Below are positions 1-11,286 of a stretch of DNA of 64,000 nucleotides, piece after piece. The notes beneath the pieces are model-generated. The model was not told the DNA's origin and did no database searches. It was given only the letters and a program-made list of their open reading frames with translations. The number at the start of each line of letters is the position of its first letter. Position 1 is the first letter of the stretch. The stretch is from Anthoceros angustus (Eukaryota; Plantae; Anthocerotophyta), in NCBI GenBank assembly GCA_010909165.1, contig VJWM01000318.1, positions 1-64,000 of the forward strand, in the 5' to 3' direction. Made by a program: the position numbers and the translations under genes.

Positions 1-399
1 CATGGCAGAATCCCGCTGCGAGGGTGGGAGGTGTTCCCACGGGTTTGGGACCCCTTCGCCTCCTCATGACAAGGCCTAGCGGGAATTAGTCCTACCACGA
101 AGTAGTCCTTTGGTGAGCACCTCCTACCACGGTAGGAGGGAAAGGAAGTCACGGTTTGGAAGCTCCCAAGGGAGATAAGAAGGCAACCGGCCCTGCTAGG
201 TGGGCGAGCGATGGAGTCACGGTGGGAGGAGTTGCTACCAAGTGATGAGCGGGAGCTCATCATAGGGAAGCGGGATGTAAGATCCCATGAGCAAGGCAAA
301 GGCCTTGAGTCTGGAGGTAAGAAAGGAGACTTAGACATGTTGGAGGAGATGCTGATAGGGGAGATGTTCAGAAGGTAGATGTAGGAGCCGCCAAGAGGA

Positions 400-1414
400 G
401 AGTTGAATTCTTGAAGACGGAGGCGAGAAGACAAGGACCTACCAAGCAAGGGAAATTGCGTAGGCGAGCAAAACCCAACAGGAGGATGTTATGAGGATGG
501 AAGCTCAAGTGGAGCACTTGGAAAAGAGTCTTGAAACAAGGCAACAGAAACAAACCATCATATTCGGAGAACAAGGCTCTTACCAAGCAATTGGCAGCTC
601 GAGAGGAGAAGGTGGAGCAACTTGCTCACATGGTGCATGGGAAAAGAAGGAAGACAAGCAAGTGCTGCTAATGGAGGAAAGGTCAAGACGAGCAATCTCG
701 CAAAGAAATGAGGACAAGACAAAGGCAAGTAGGCACATGAGCGGGTCATAGCCACACAGTGAAGATTAGTGACATGGAAAAGGAGCTGGAGAAATCACGA
801 GGCTGGAATTGAAGGAAGAAGAGCTGGAAGAACGGACACATTTTGTCCAAAGATTGGAAATGGAACGAGAAGTCCAAAGAACGGAGAATGCACAACTCCC
901 TAGGAGGATAGGGGAGTTGGAGGAAGAAATGGCAAGGAGAAAGGCCGCCATGAGGCGGTGGTGCAGCATATGTTGGCGGTGAGGGAGCGAGATTTCGGGC
1001 TGATTATGCCCTACAAGAGAGATTGATCCGCCAACCGCAGTAATGAGAGGAGAATGTGGCTCTCATGTCAAGACCGGTGAGCTGGCCTTGGAGCGAGATG
1101 CTTACAAAAGCAAGTGTGAGCATGGAGTATGGCTTGAGGATTATGAAGAATTGGAGATGGCACAACAACGATTTGCAGCCCATCTTCACAACAAGGTGCT
1201 CAAGGCCACTAACGAGTTGTTGCGACTTGCTGAGAGGAGGATGTTGGGACCTCATGACGATGATAGGGAGGCCTCATGCAAGTCCAACCGAAGCCTTAGA
1301 CTTGGAGAGTGTCCCAAGCAACAGGTGAAGAAACTTCGCACTGTGGAGAAGCGTGAAGCGGAGAAGCCATGTGTGGAGAGAATCACCTGTGAAGGGGTAA
1401 GGAAGAAGAAATGA
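400..1414 (+). pseudogene. Coiled-coil C-terminal part of the LTR-embedded ORF (frameshifted)
   Basis: E/K/R/L-rich peptides (EKVEQLAHM..., ELALERDAYKSKCEHG...ELLRLAERRMLGPHDD) repeated at about 27.5-28.9 kb and 37.3-38.2 kb. Confidence 0.6.
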
Positions 1415-2042
1415 CCTAGGGAACTCCTACTGTGGTAGGAGGAGTTCACCAGGAGGGACTCCTACCGGGGAGAAGGTCCTACCATGGTAGGAGGAAGAAG
1501 CAGCGGATTCAAGGTCGCTAGCATGGATTTGACGGGAGGCGAGTACCTTGGCCCTTGCGGTGAAGAAGGAAGAGGGGTTGATCTTGCAGAATGGAGCAAG
1601 AATCACAAGGAGAAGACCAACCTCCCAACATGGGTGGAGCAAGGAGCTCACTTGCTCCACAAGTGAGAGGAAGAGGAGAAGTCGAGGATGAGAGCTGGCT
1701 AAGAGAGCCCGGCTATTTTATTGGAGGAAGGAACTCAAGATAGGCATCAAGATAAGGAAGGGATTCATAAGAAGTCCTTAAATTAGCTTGAAGACATGGG
1801 GCAAGATGCCACTTGGGAAGACTTTTCTTTAGAGGAGGACAGCATTAATGCTTGTCACCCAAAGAGTGTGTTGACTAGCTAGATAGGAATGAGTGAGCCA
1901 TTAAGGCTCACATAGGTGAATTTGCTAGAATAGAATTTTACCCAAGATGCTTGGATGTCGAACTTAAAGTCCGACAACAGGATACACTAAAATAAGGAGA
2001 GGCAGGCTGTGAGGGCGCGCTGTGGGAGGAGTGAGGACCTCC

Positions 2043-2049
2043 TATAAAA
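2043..2049 (+). promoter_or_regulatory. Distal LTR TATA box (CCTATAAAAGGAGG)
   Basis: Same motif at 14174, 21325, 29531, 38870 and variant at 62874, about 0.8-1.05 kb before each LTR end. Confidence 0.65.
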
Positions 2050-2901
2050 GGAGGGAGCTTGTGAAGTAAAATTATCTGCGCCCCATCCTCCCGAGTCCTT
2101 CGTGCGTGAATTTCGCGGGCCGCAAGCCAACGCAGTTGTCCGGTAGAGAGGAGAACGCGCGGTCGGAGTGGGGTGAGGGCTTGCTTTTGCGCCCGCTAGC
2201 CGCTCCCTTGTGAATGGTTGTGTGAATTGTTTTGCTTTGAGTGTGTGGCGATGCTCAAGGAACTCGGCTTGAGGGTAGACCGCAGGAAAAGACTCGGAGG
2301 TTCTCGCCCTGGTACAAACCACATAGCAACCGCCCAAGGAAGAACTAATTTCCTGACGGACCCTGTGCGCAGCGTAAGGGCGAGTTGGAATTAATGAGCC
2401 AGCAATTGGTGTTAGAGTAGGAGATTGTGGAGGAAGGAAGGGTAGATGAGTAGAGAAGAAGAGGGCGTTGATTGAGAGAGTTGTGAGGAGGATTAGAGTG
2501 TAGGAAAACTAAGGCCACAGTGAGCCTAAGGGACGAATCCCAACTGCAAGTAAGAGGGCGCCTCGTGGAGAAGAGTGTCTTAGGAGTAGGGACGTTGGTG
2601 TGGGTCGTGGGGTCCCCTGGCGCCCGTGATAGACACCTTGTCATAAGACGAATCGCAATTGTGTGGTGTCGCCAGGTTGAGGTTTGGTGAGGACGGCGAC
2701 GGCGGGCGAGTCAGCTGAGAGGAGCGTGAGAGGGCGCCTTTGTTTAGAAGGCTGAGGTAGTGTGTAGTCAGCAGTAGTGACGGATTTCAAGATCTCGACT
2801 GCCTCAAGTCTCATGGGACTAAACCCAACGATTTAAACGACAAGTGATAAGTGTGGCCGCTTAGAGGGGAATCTCGGGAGTGCCCCGGTTTTCCTCCCAC
2901 A

Positions 2902-2996
2902 CTTGACACACACAAAACCATTCCTTGGGATCGAATCTCAGGACTATAACGACATAGAGGGTAAATTGGCGCCTTTGATGCAAAACCCATTCCACA
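2902..2996 (+). repeat. Last ~95 bp of a different (type-C) 5' LTR
   Basis: Second LTR-like end ...CCATTCCACA directly before a PBS; suggests the type-A LTR inserted into this LTR. Confidence 0.5.
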
Positions 2997-2999
2997 TTT

Positions 3000-3016
3000 T
3001 GGCCGCTGCCGGGAAT
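3000..3016 (+). other. Degenerate primer-binding site (tRNA-Asp type)
   Basis: TGGCCGCTGCCGGGAAT after CA-TTT, compared with intact TGGCGCCGTTGCCGGGGA at 15227. Confidence 0.65.
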
Positions 3017-3073
3017 GAAACCGCTGATTATAGGGGACTAACCATAGCTTAGGTGTCTAGTTTTGGAGTGTAT

Positions 3074-4660
3074 CTAGTTAGGTAGATGGATGCCACGGTT
3101 GAGCCGAGGGTTCGTAGTCAAGTCGGAAGGAAGCCTCAAGCGAAGCAACGCCAAGCAATCGGAAAGGTTGAAAAGGGTTGCAAACCGCGAGTTGAGGAGG
3201 ATCCAGAAGACGACCTGGGAGGAAGGGAAGTAAGGAAGCAACCAGGACGGGGTCCGATCTTGTTGGAGCAAGATCCCCAACCTCGGACTTGGACGAGGTA
3301 CCACCGCCAAGGAACCTGACCAATTCCATCCGACCTCTTCCGTGTGTGCATGCTGGAGATCAATCGACTCAGAACCGTTGTTGACCAACCACAACCGCCG
3401 AACGATAGTCATGACCACCACTCCCGGTGGTGGTCACCACCAAGCAACCTTACCCAGATGGAGAGGGAAGGGGTATGAAGACCCGATGAATTTGTTGAGC
3501 TTTGAGCACCGACATTTGCAAACCAGAAGCGGAGATGCATGCAGATTCATGGAGTTCTTCGGGGTCCATAAGTGGTATAGGCGCGAATACCTCAAGTCGC
3601 CCACACCTCCAAAGAACCTATGAAGAATTAAAACCGCCAGAGGTCTTGGGGCTTGACGTGAGGGATACGTGTTGTCCAAGCTTGAAAAGCCGCAGAGAGG
3701 AAGAAGGAAACCTTGCAGCGATGTGGAGAGGTTTCACACCACGCGATCAAGTGGCCTCACTGAGTTGCAACACGGTGGTTCGCTAAAGGCCCGGGTTCTA
3801 AGATGGGGAGACACGAAGGTTACAAGCGGAGAAGAATTTGGGCAAGGCTATCAAGGCGGCGCTAAACTATGAGGAATCCAACCCAAGGGAGGAGGAAGGC
3901 TAAGAAGGAAGAAGAAGAACGGAAAAAGAAGGGATTCCTCATCCTAAGAAAGTTCATCGTGAAGAGAGCTCCACGTAAGATTCCATGAAAGTTCCTGAGG
4001 AGGAACGAGTGATGCTGAGGAAGCCATCGATGAGGAGCGCCAAAAAAGGAAAAAAATGAAGGAAGTACGGACAACAAGGAGCAAGGCAAAACAGAGGCGA
4101 TGTACGCAAAAAGGACGCGAACAAAGAGAAGGGAGGCCGAGGCAGCCAAGAAAGTAGAACAACAGGGAACAAGATGGAGGAGATGATGGCAAAATTCGAG
4201 AAATTCCATCTTAATGCGTCAAGGAACATGAGAGGCGAGAGTCACACGAACCCACGAGCCAACCTCTTCGCTCGTGGTGGGCAGCAGGACACTCCAAAGC
4301 TAATTGTCCGACGACAAGGTACACCCTGGGATATGAGGAAGAGGAGGAAGAGGGTCCTGGAAGATACATCGATCCGTGAGGTTCCAACCCAAACCCAAAG
4401 ACCATGTACCCGCCAACCTACGAATTCCAGGGGTAGGTCAGAATCAACAAGGCAATAATCACACGCCTTGTGCTATAATCGCAACCTTGACACTATGCGA
4501 CAAAGCCCCAACTCAAGGCAATGGAGATTTTGATAAACTATGTCAAGATTGCAAGGCAGGGCATTTGGTGAAGTGTGCTCGCCAAAGCCCCGTAAAGACG
4601 GTGAGGATCGCAGCCCACCCGAACGGAGTTCAGACCAAACCCAAGTCTGTCCGCCATGCA
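3074..4660 (+). pseudogene. gag: Gypsy gag (family C), frameshifted
   Basis: LPRWRGKGYEDP (LPxFxG..EDP), KWY motif, charged coiled-coil, CCHC-like CQDCKAGHLVKC near 4540-4580. Confidence 0.75.
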
Positions 4661-5379
4661 TGTTGAGGACGCACTTATGGCGTATGGGAGGATGCCGAGA
4701 ACCCCGAGGAGCTTGAGGGATTAGACTGAGGAAGCGATTATTATGGGGAAGCCTCCGCCATGGTCGTTAGAACAAGGAGCACAAAAGCAAAAGAGAGGCG
4801 ACGGGGGAAAAAAAAGAAGAAGGAGGCGGATACGACCACGGATCGATGAGGAGAGAGTGTCACCACCTGGGAAATACCAAAAACGTTGGCTAAAGACGAA
4901 AAACAAGTCCGCAGACTTGGATGGACCATATGTGCAAGAGTGATGCAATGAGACTGAGTGTTCCAAGCAAGGCGAATGAAGGTCAATGAAGCCGGCCGAA
5001 GGGGTCCCCACCGTAGAAAGTTACCGAACGAGTTAGGGTTTTCCACCGACGACGGGAAGTCATGGATATGATACAAGAAGAGGAGGCTGGGAAAAGGCGG
5101 GTGTCGATTTCCACCACCCTGTGGGAGTCCACCACCCCACCGAAGGGCCACCGCCTCAAGTCATGACGAAACCGGGAACCCACCAACCAAACTGGATGGC
5201 AAAAGGCCACCGCTTCTTTCAATCTCGCCGAGGCCATCATGGACCAACATTTCATGATCACATTCGACAACTCCTCCGAGACAATCCGCGTATAGGCAAC
5301 AGATCGAGGGCGTTAAAAGAGGCGCAACCCAAAAGAGGCGAATGTTCCTATACCACCTCAGCCGCCATGGTGAACTTGG

Positions 5380-5640
5380 TATCCATGGTGGATCAAGGCC
5401 CACCAACCTGTGGAAATTTCGATGTGTCAAAGGAGTGCCTCGACATGGGTCGTGTAAATATTATGACACCTAGGAATTGGGCTTGATATTGAACATACTA
5501 CCAAGGTTTTGCCGACATGTCCGTAATGGTGCCGGGGAACCGACAGGTGCTAACGACCATTGGAACCATCCCCTACTTGATGGATTATGTAGTCATCCAA
5601 AAATCGCGCTGTGGCACGACGCCTAATTGGCCGAACATGG
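5380..5640 (+). pseudogene. pol: Gypsy aspartic protease relic (family C)
   Basis: CLDMGRVNIMT (degenerate DxG..VNIM), then ADMSV, IGTIPYLMDYVVI. Confidence 0.6.
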
Positions 5641-6149
5641 ATGTACGATCGCAATGCACGCCAAGTGGGGAAGGAAGTCGGTTTTAAACCGCTGGAATGG
5701 ATCCCAAGACCAAGGAGGGGAGGATGTGCCTATCGTGGAGTAAGGACATGTATGCAGTGAAACTCCAATAAAACAGAGGGTACACTCAGGACACGCCGGG
5801 GAGATGGAAGAGGAAGATAGGTTCCTGCTCGCACACATCTCATGGTCTCGATGAGGAGCGGACTACCGCAGAGATATCCCATATACAATTAACCTGAGGG
5901 TCGTTACGGGTAATGCATGAAGGTCCGCGGGGTAACAGCAGGAGGAGAAGAGGAGGCGCGCCAGCTCACGCCGGAGGATTTGTTAGGAATGGGGCATGAG
6001 AGAAGAGGAACCGGGAGCCGAAGAAGGGTTAGCGCACCGCACTGAGAGCGCGAGTGCCGATGAAGTCAAGGACGCGTTGAGGTTCTTCCGTGGAAGGTGC
6101 TCAAAATTCTCAACAATGGATGCGGCGTTGAGGAAGGAATGAAGCAACC

Positions 6150-6960
6150 GCTGTAATTCATCGATGTTTTCGCCTCGAGGTAACAGACATGAAGGGATCC
6201 CCAAAGAATGGGGCAGCATAGGATTGACTGGAACCGTGAGCAATCCCAAGAAGGATTCCACAAGACAAGTTAACCAAGTACTCCTCAAGGTAAAGGATCG
6301 CTTGAGATGTACCTCAAGGCGGATGTGATCTATCCTATAGTCAATACCGAATGGGTGGCTCCAATAGTGGTAGTACCTAAGAGCAGTGCAAAATCCGAGT
6401 TTGTCAGATCGAGAAGGTTGAATAAAGTCACCAAGAAGGATCACTTTCCGCTACCCTTCATCGATAATATCCTCGATCCGTGCAGTGAATGGCGATTCAT
6501 TCCTAGATGGGTACTATAATCACCGCACCTTAGGGAGAGCGATTGGCCGCCTCACCGCTTTTACAACCGATCGGGGACATATGCTTACAAGCGCAGCGAT
6601 TTGGGGTTGACGGAGCACCGGTCCTTCATGCGAGCCATCATTTTCAAGGACTTCCGACTTTATGGAAGTTTTCCGACGATTCCGCAGACGTTTAAGGACC
6701 ATGGTGCCCGAACCGCGAGCAACGCAATTATGCCTCGCATCCGGTGTGCTACTGCATGTCGAAGGAATTGCTAGCATCAATTTCAAGAGGTATAGAAGTA
6801 TCCGACAAGGTAAAGGTCATCGCCACCCTTAGAGCACCAATAACGCTAAAGGAACTCCGGGTTCCCGGGAATGGTCGGCATTATAGACGCTTGCGCCCGC
6901 CAAGCGGCTGCCCCACTAACGAGCTTGTTAAGGAAGGATCAGAGTGGGAATGGACGAAAC
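6150..6960 (+). pseudogene. pol: Gypsy reverse transcriptase (family C)
   Basis: VIYPIVNTEWVAPIVVVPK, RRLNKVTKKDHFPLPFIDNILD, FLDGY, TAFTTD, FMEVFxDD at about 6660-6680. Confidence 0.92.
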
Positions 6961-6989
6961 GGAGGAAGCATTTCGTGACTTACGACACG

Positions 6990-7390
6990 CCACACCCCAC
7001 GCTTAAAAGGACCGGATCGAGTAAGAAGTTCCACGCTGCTGATGTTTCAAAGATTTGCAATTGGGTCCCCAGCCGGATGAGAAGAAGAAGGATTTTCCGA
7101 TCTACTATGCCGAGACAACTAACGGACGCTGGACGAAAGTATACCACCAGAGCGCCAAGCACCGGGAATGGTTTAATGGTCACACCCTCTCGTATGAATT
7201 TGTGTTCCATGTTGACCACTTTGCCTTGAAACACCTTGTGAATAAACCGACCTTTCGGACGATAGCCGGATCTTGCCGCCGAGTTTACCTTCAAGGAACG
7301 AGAGAGGGTAAGCATATCAATGCCGACTTCATATCTCGATTGAAAACAGGAAGGTGGAAACCAGAAGACGATTTTCCGATGAGACACGCT
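6990..7390 (+). pseudogene. pol: Gypsy RNase H (family C)
   Basis: KFH..DVSK, QPDEKKKDFPIYYA, RQLTDAGRKYTT, FVFHVDHFALKHLVNKP, HINADFISRL. Confidence 0.85.
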
Positions 7391-7429
7391 CGCAGGAGAA
7401 ACCAAAGCCAACCAAGGAGGAGAGCCAAG

Positions 7430-8587
7430 ATCGATTGAGAAGGAGGAGTGGCTAAGACCAACATATCGAGATATACGATTATCTTGGCACGGCCAAATTC
7501 CTCCACATCTTCCAAGACATGATTCAAAGCGCCGTCCACTACTCCGCACTCACACGGCACAATATGAACTTTATACCGAGTCCCGGACGGTGGAGCGGTT
7601 ATGGGTACGCATCGTGAGCGAGTCCCGAGCTCTTTACAAGAAGAGGCGGAGGTCATTATGCCGCTGCATGTCACATGCAAAAATTTTGAGGTCACTATTG
7701 GCCTACAATGTACAAGGATGCCAAGGAGTTCGAAGCGCCGTGACGCTGCAAAGGGTCGGCAAGCCAAAGAACAACCCAATGGCCCCTTGTCCCCATACTT
7801 GCACCGCACCATTCGAGAAATGGGGAATCGATTTTGTGACCCATCCACAAAACCAAGACTCGCCAAAACCAATACATCATCCTGGCCAGACATCGTGACA
7901 CGGATGGTAGAAGCACAGCACGCCGTAGATTCGCGCACGTAGCGATTCCGCTCGAGCAAATCACCCGATATGGTCCCACCGGAGCTGGTCGCGACAGAGG
8001 AACACATTTCTCAATCGTGTAACATGACCACCAACGCTGTGAAGTCCACGCCTTTAACCCAAAAGCCAATGGGTCACTAAAAGGCAAATGGCTTGTTGTG
8101 CAAGATCCTAACCAAACTCACCGCCGCTATGCGTATGATCGATATGAAATGCATTCAAGACTGCAAATCATGAAACAACGCAGACTCAGACATTATACGG
8201 CATTCACTCATGCCAATAGAATTCCACCCACCGAGAATAGAACCAAGTCGAATGCCGTGGAGGAAAGTCATTGAAAGGTTGGTGGTTTCAGACGACACAC
8301 GGAGGATGAGAACAAGCCTCCAAGTTATGCAGGATGTCCAACAAAGGAGGAAAGAATGGCACGACAAGAGATTGAAGCCAAGAATACGTTGTTCCCTGGG
8401 ATCCGCTTTACTATATGATAACCGATACATGCATTTCTGTAAATTACATCTCGTGGATGGGGCCCTTCGTAGTGTAAGTTTTCGACAACGGATCAATTCA
8501 ACCCGCAAGATTTTAGTGGCTCCCGCCAACGCACAACGGTTGGCGGTCAAGAAATATTACAATAAGTTGGCGAGGACGCCAACAAAT
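7430..8587 (+). pseudogene. pol: Gypsy integrase (family C)
   Basis: GHYAA..YWPTMYKDA, QRVGKP, APFEKWGIDFV, AFNPKANG, C-terminal LLYDNRYMHF; followed by PPT. Confidence 0.88.
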
Positions 8588-9080
8588 GAGAAGGGGAGTA
8601 TGTGAAGACCACATGTACACTAACCCTCCCAAGTGTCGGATGAACGATTTTTTTGTTTTGGGTGTGTTAGAATAGCAAAGTGCTTTGAGAATCCCGAAGG
8701 TCTTTTATACGGAATGGTCCTTGGCCCTTGGAGATAATAATTTTTCTTTTTTGACCTTAGGTTTGACCCCTGACAGGTGGCTCAAATAGAGTCCTTTGGT
8801 GATTTTAGAATAAGGTGTCTATATATGCTAGGATGCTCACAATATGCCAGCTGGTAGTCAAGTGGGAGGTGGCTAGTTCCACCACTTGGCCAAGAACGGA
8901 CGATGTACTGTGGGGAGTTTACAACCCCAGTGGCGGAGCGCTGGCCACGCCCGGAGAATCGAGAGACACCCTGACCGCGAGGTCGCGAATTTCCACGCCA
9001 GACGCTTGAGCGGAATCGCAGTTAGCGCGCGATGCAATCTGGCCGGGCGGGCGTGCTATTTTTCTTCACAAAACTGCACT
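8588..9080 (+). repeat. PPT (GAGAAGGGGAG) and truncated 3' LTR of family C starting TGTG at 8601
   Basis: Hairpin, polypurine run, TA, TGTG immediately after the integrase end; sequence switches to A/B-type integrase near 9090. Confidence 0.7.
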
Positions 9081-9089
9081 CCTAATGCC

Positions 9090-9985
9090 CAAAAGGGAGT
9101 CTTATACAAGCTATCTCAATGAGAAAATTACGTTGTTTGAAGCGGAGGAAGCTTGTCACGTAAGCTGCATGCAAAAGAGGCCGGAGGGCATTACTGCAAA
9201 TCATGGTGAAGTAATCCTGATGGCTTTGGCTACGGCGTGTGAGATGTGGATTTTGGTAATTATGTGATGCATGCCGTTGGAGGACGACTTTTTCACACAA
9301 GGCCTCTACTTACATCCTACCACGCGACCGCTTGAGAAGTGGGTTTAGACTTGTGGGTCCAATCAAGCCACCCACAAAACGGACAAGGAAACAATATATC
9401 TTGGTGGCAACGGACTATTGCACAAAGATGGTGGAGGCTGAAGCAACAAGGAAGGATGATGCACCTACAGTAGCAAAGTTTCTCTTCGAGAACATCATAA
9501 TTTGGACAGCGGAGAAGGTGACAACTAAGAAGACTCCATATTATTTAACATATGGCATGTCTCCTATGATGCCCGTGGAATTTGAAGTACCTACCTACAT
9601 GATTATGGAGGATGAGGGCATGACTGTAGGGGATAGCCAGCTAGCTAGACTATAATCTTTCATAGAACAGGAGGAGCGTAGGGAAGATGCTTGAGAAGAA
9701 ACCCAGCAAACTCAAGAGCTTAGGAAGGATAGGCATGACGGAAAGTTAAGGAAGCAAGAAGCTATCATGGCCGGGGATTTGGTTCTTCTATATGATAGCC
9801 GTTATATGGACTTCCCAGAGAAGCTTAGGTTGAGATGGATGGGACCTTATGAGGTTGTGGTAGTATATGAATGGATCCGTGCAGCTCCGAGTGCTGGATG
9901 GGGAATTGCTGCCAACTAGAGTGAATGGGTGGAAGGTTAAGAAGTACCTTCAGCCCGAGGTATCTGTTGTTTGCGAGGACGCAAA
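9090..9985 (+). pseudogene. pol: A/B-family integrase fragment with internal deletion
   Basis: GVLYKL, LHAKEAGGHY, LVGPIKPPTKRTRKQYILVATDYCTKMVEAEA...KFLFENII joined directly to TAEKVTTKKTPYYLTYG; ends GWKVKKY. Confidence 0.85.
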
Positions 9986-10003
9986 CAGGTGAGGAGGGGA
10001 GTA

Positions 10004-11280
10004 TGTGGAACGCAAAAGTTTGGGCAACTAGTTCAAGTTGGGTTGCTTGAGAACAGGTCCGATTTTTTTGGTTAGAAATGGTTTGGAGGAAACATGCCAA
10101 AGCTTTTCCAAATTCTTTTGAAGCTGGAGTTGTAGGATATTGTTAGGAAGGTAGGGAGGATATTTAGGGAAGAAGAAACGGGTCAAAACGACCTTGTGGT
10201 GAGACAAGTAGGTTGCATATGTGAGTGGTAGGCAGGCAACCTACCATGGTAGGTCAGTAACCTACAACCGTAGGTGACAGTTTACCAAAGTAGGAAGCAT
10301 AGGATTAAGGCAAGGGTATAAGAGCTAGGGGAATTGTGAGCAAAGGCGAGGTCAAGGCTGCGGTGTGTGTGTGGAAATTGTAAGGGAGGAAGGTAACCTA
10401 CCATGGTACGAATCTGGCAAATAGTATAAGAGTTGCAGGAGAAGTGACCCTTTTTCTCAACTTTGTGCAAGAACTCAACAAGGAAGCCATGACAAGGCCT
10501 TCCAAAGCGAATGGAAAGGAGGCAACCACTAAGACCAAGAATGGGTGGAAGACCGAGAAAAGGAGCCCAAGTGGACGCTCTTCTCCAAAATTGTCTTGAG
10601 ACTTGTCAATTATCAGCACGCCTCTTATTTCAGCACCAACTTTTTGCAATTCCTATGGAAGGTCACTCAAGGAGCCAAGCCGGATTGGGGGACTATTATG
10701 TGTGAAGCTTACATCCATCACAGGGAGAAGCTCCTCAAGCCCAATGTTGTAGACGAGGGGAGTGCGCGGCGTTGCTATCTTAGCGCCTATTTGCTGCATT
10801 TATGGGAAACAGAGGGGCTTTTGACAAGCAAAGAGCTGGAAGGTTCTTGGCATCCATTCGAGATTGTCCATCTCAGGTCAAGCATGGAAAGACCATTGCC
10901 TTTTATGTTGAAGAAGACACTTGGAGGACAGGCATCGTCAAGCGCTGCAGCATCAAGGCTGGAGGTTGAGGCAAGTGAAGAGGAGGATGCTTGGGCCACA
11001 CGATGATGATAGGGAGGCCCCTCATGCGGATTGCCAAAATGTTGGGGCCTTAGATTTCGATGAGGCCACAAGTTTTGTTATGGACCAAGAGTTTGAGAGG
11101 AAATGGTGAGGAGGAGCCCATAAAGCACGACAGGAAATAGGAGGAAGAAGGCAAACCCTTAAGCATAGGTAAGGCAATCACATCTGGCCAGGCGTGGTCA
11201 TGAATCACTACCAATGCCGTAGGTCTATCGAAGGCAATGGATGCAAGGTTGTTGAGGGGAAAAGTGGATGGTAGGGGCGG
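10004..11280 (+). repeat. Truncated giant LTR (TGTGG start) after PPT 9991-10001
   Basis: GAGGAGGGGAGTA|TGTGGAACGCAAAAG; contains part of the LTR-embedded ORF. Confidence 0.75.
10545..11006 (+). CDS. Fragment of LTR-embedded ORF, Athila extra-ORF / plant transposon protein-like
   Basis: 153-aa ORF KWTLFSKIVLRLV...FLQFLWKVTQGAKPDWGTIMCEAY...CYLSAYLLHLWETEG, homologous to copies at 26.5, 36.4, 44.8 and 60.3 kb. Confidence 0.65.
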   Translation: MEDREKEPKWTLFSKIVLRLVNYQHASYFSTNFLQFLWKVTQGAKPDWGTIMCEAYIHHREKLLKPNVVDEGSARRCYLSAYLLHLWETEGLLTSKELEGSWHPFEIVHLRSSMERPLPFMLKKTLGGQASSSAAASRLEVEASEEEDAWATR

Positions 11281-11286
11281 CAGTAC

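Larger units (their letters stand above)
1..2901 (+). repeat. 3' part of a type-A giant Gypsy LTR (window starts inside it)
   Basis: Near-colinear with 27020-30383 and 36868-39718; ends GGTTTTCCTCCCACA at 2901; contains TATAAAA at 2043. Confidence 0.85.

Noticed and set aside
9495-9520. Integrase deletions ending near ACAGCGGAGAAGG as splice-acceptor use
   Set aside because: The joins retain bases upstream of the AG, and the A1/B1 join is explained by a TTGTGGGCT microhomology; no clean GT-AG boundary.
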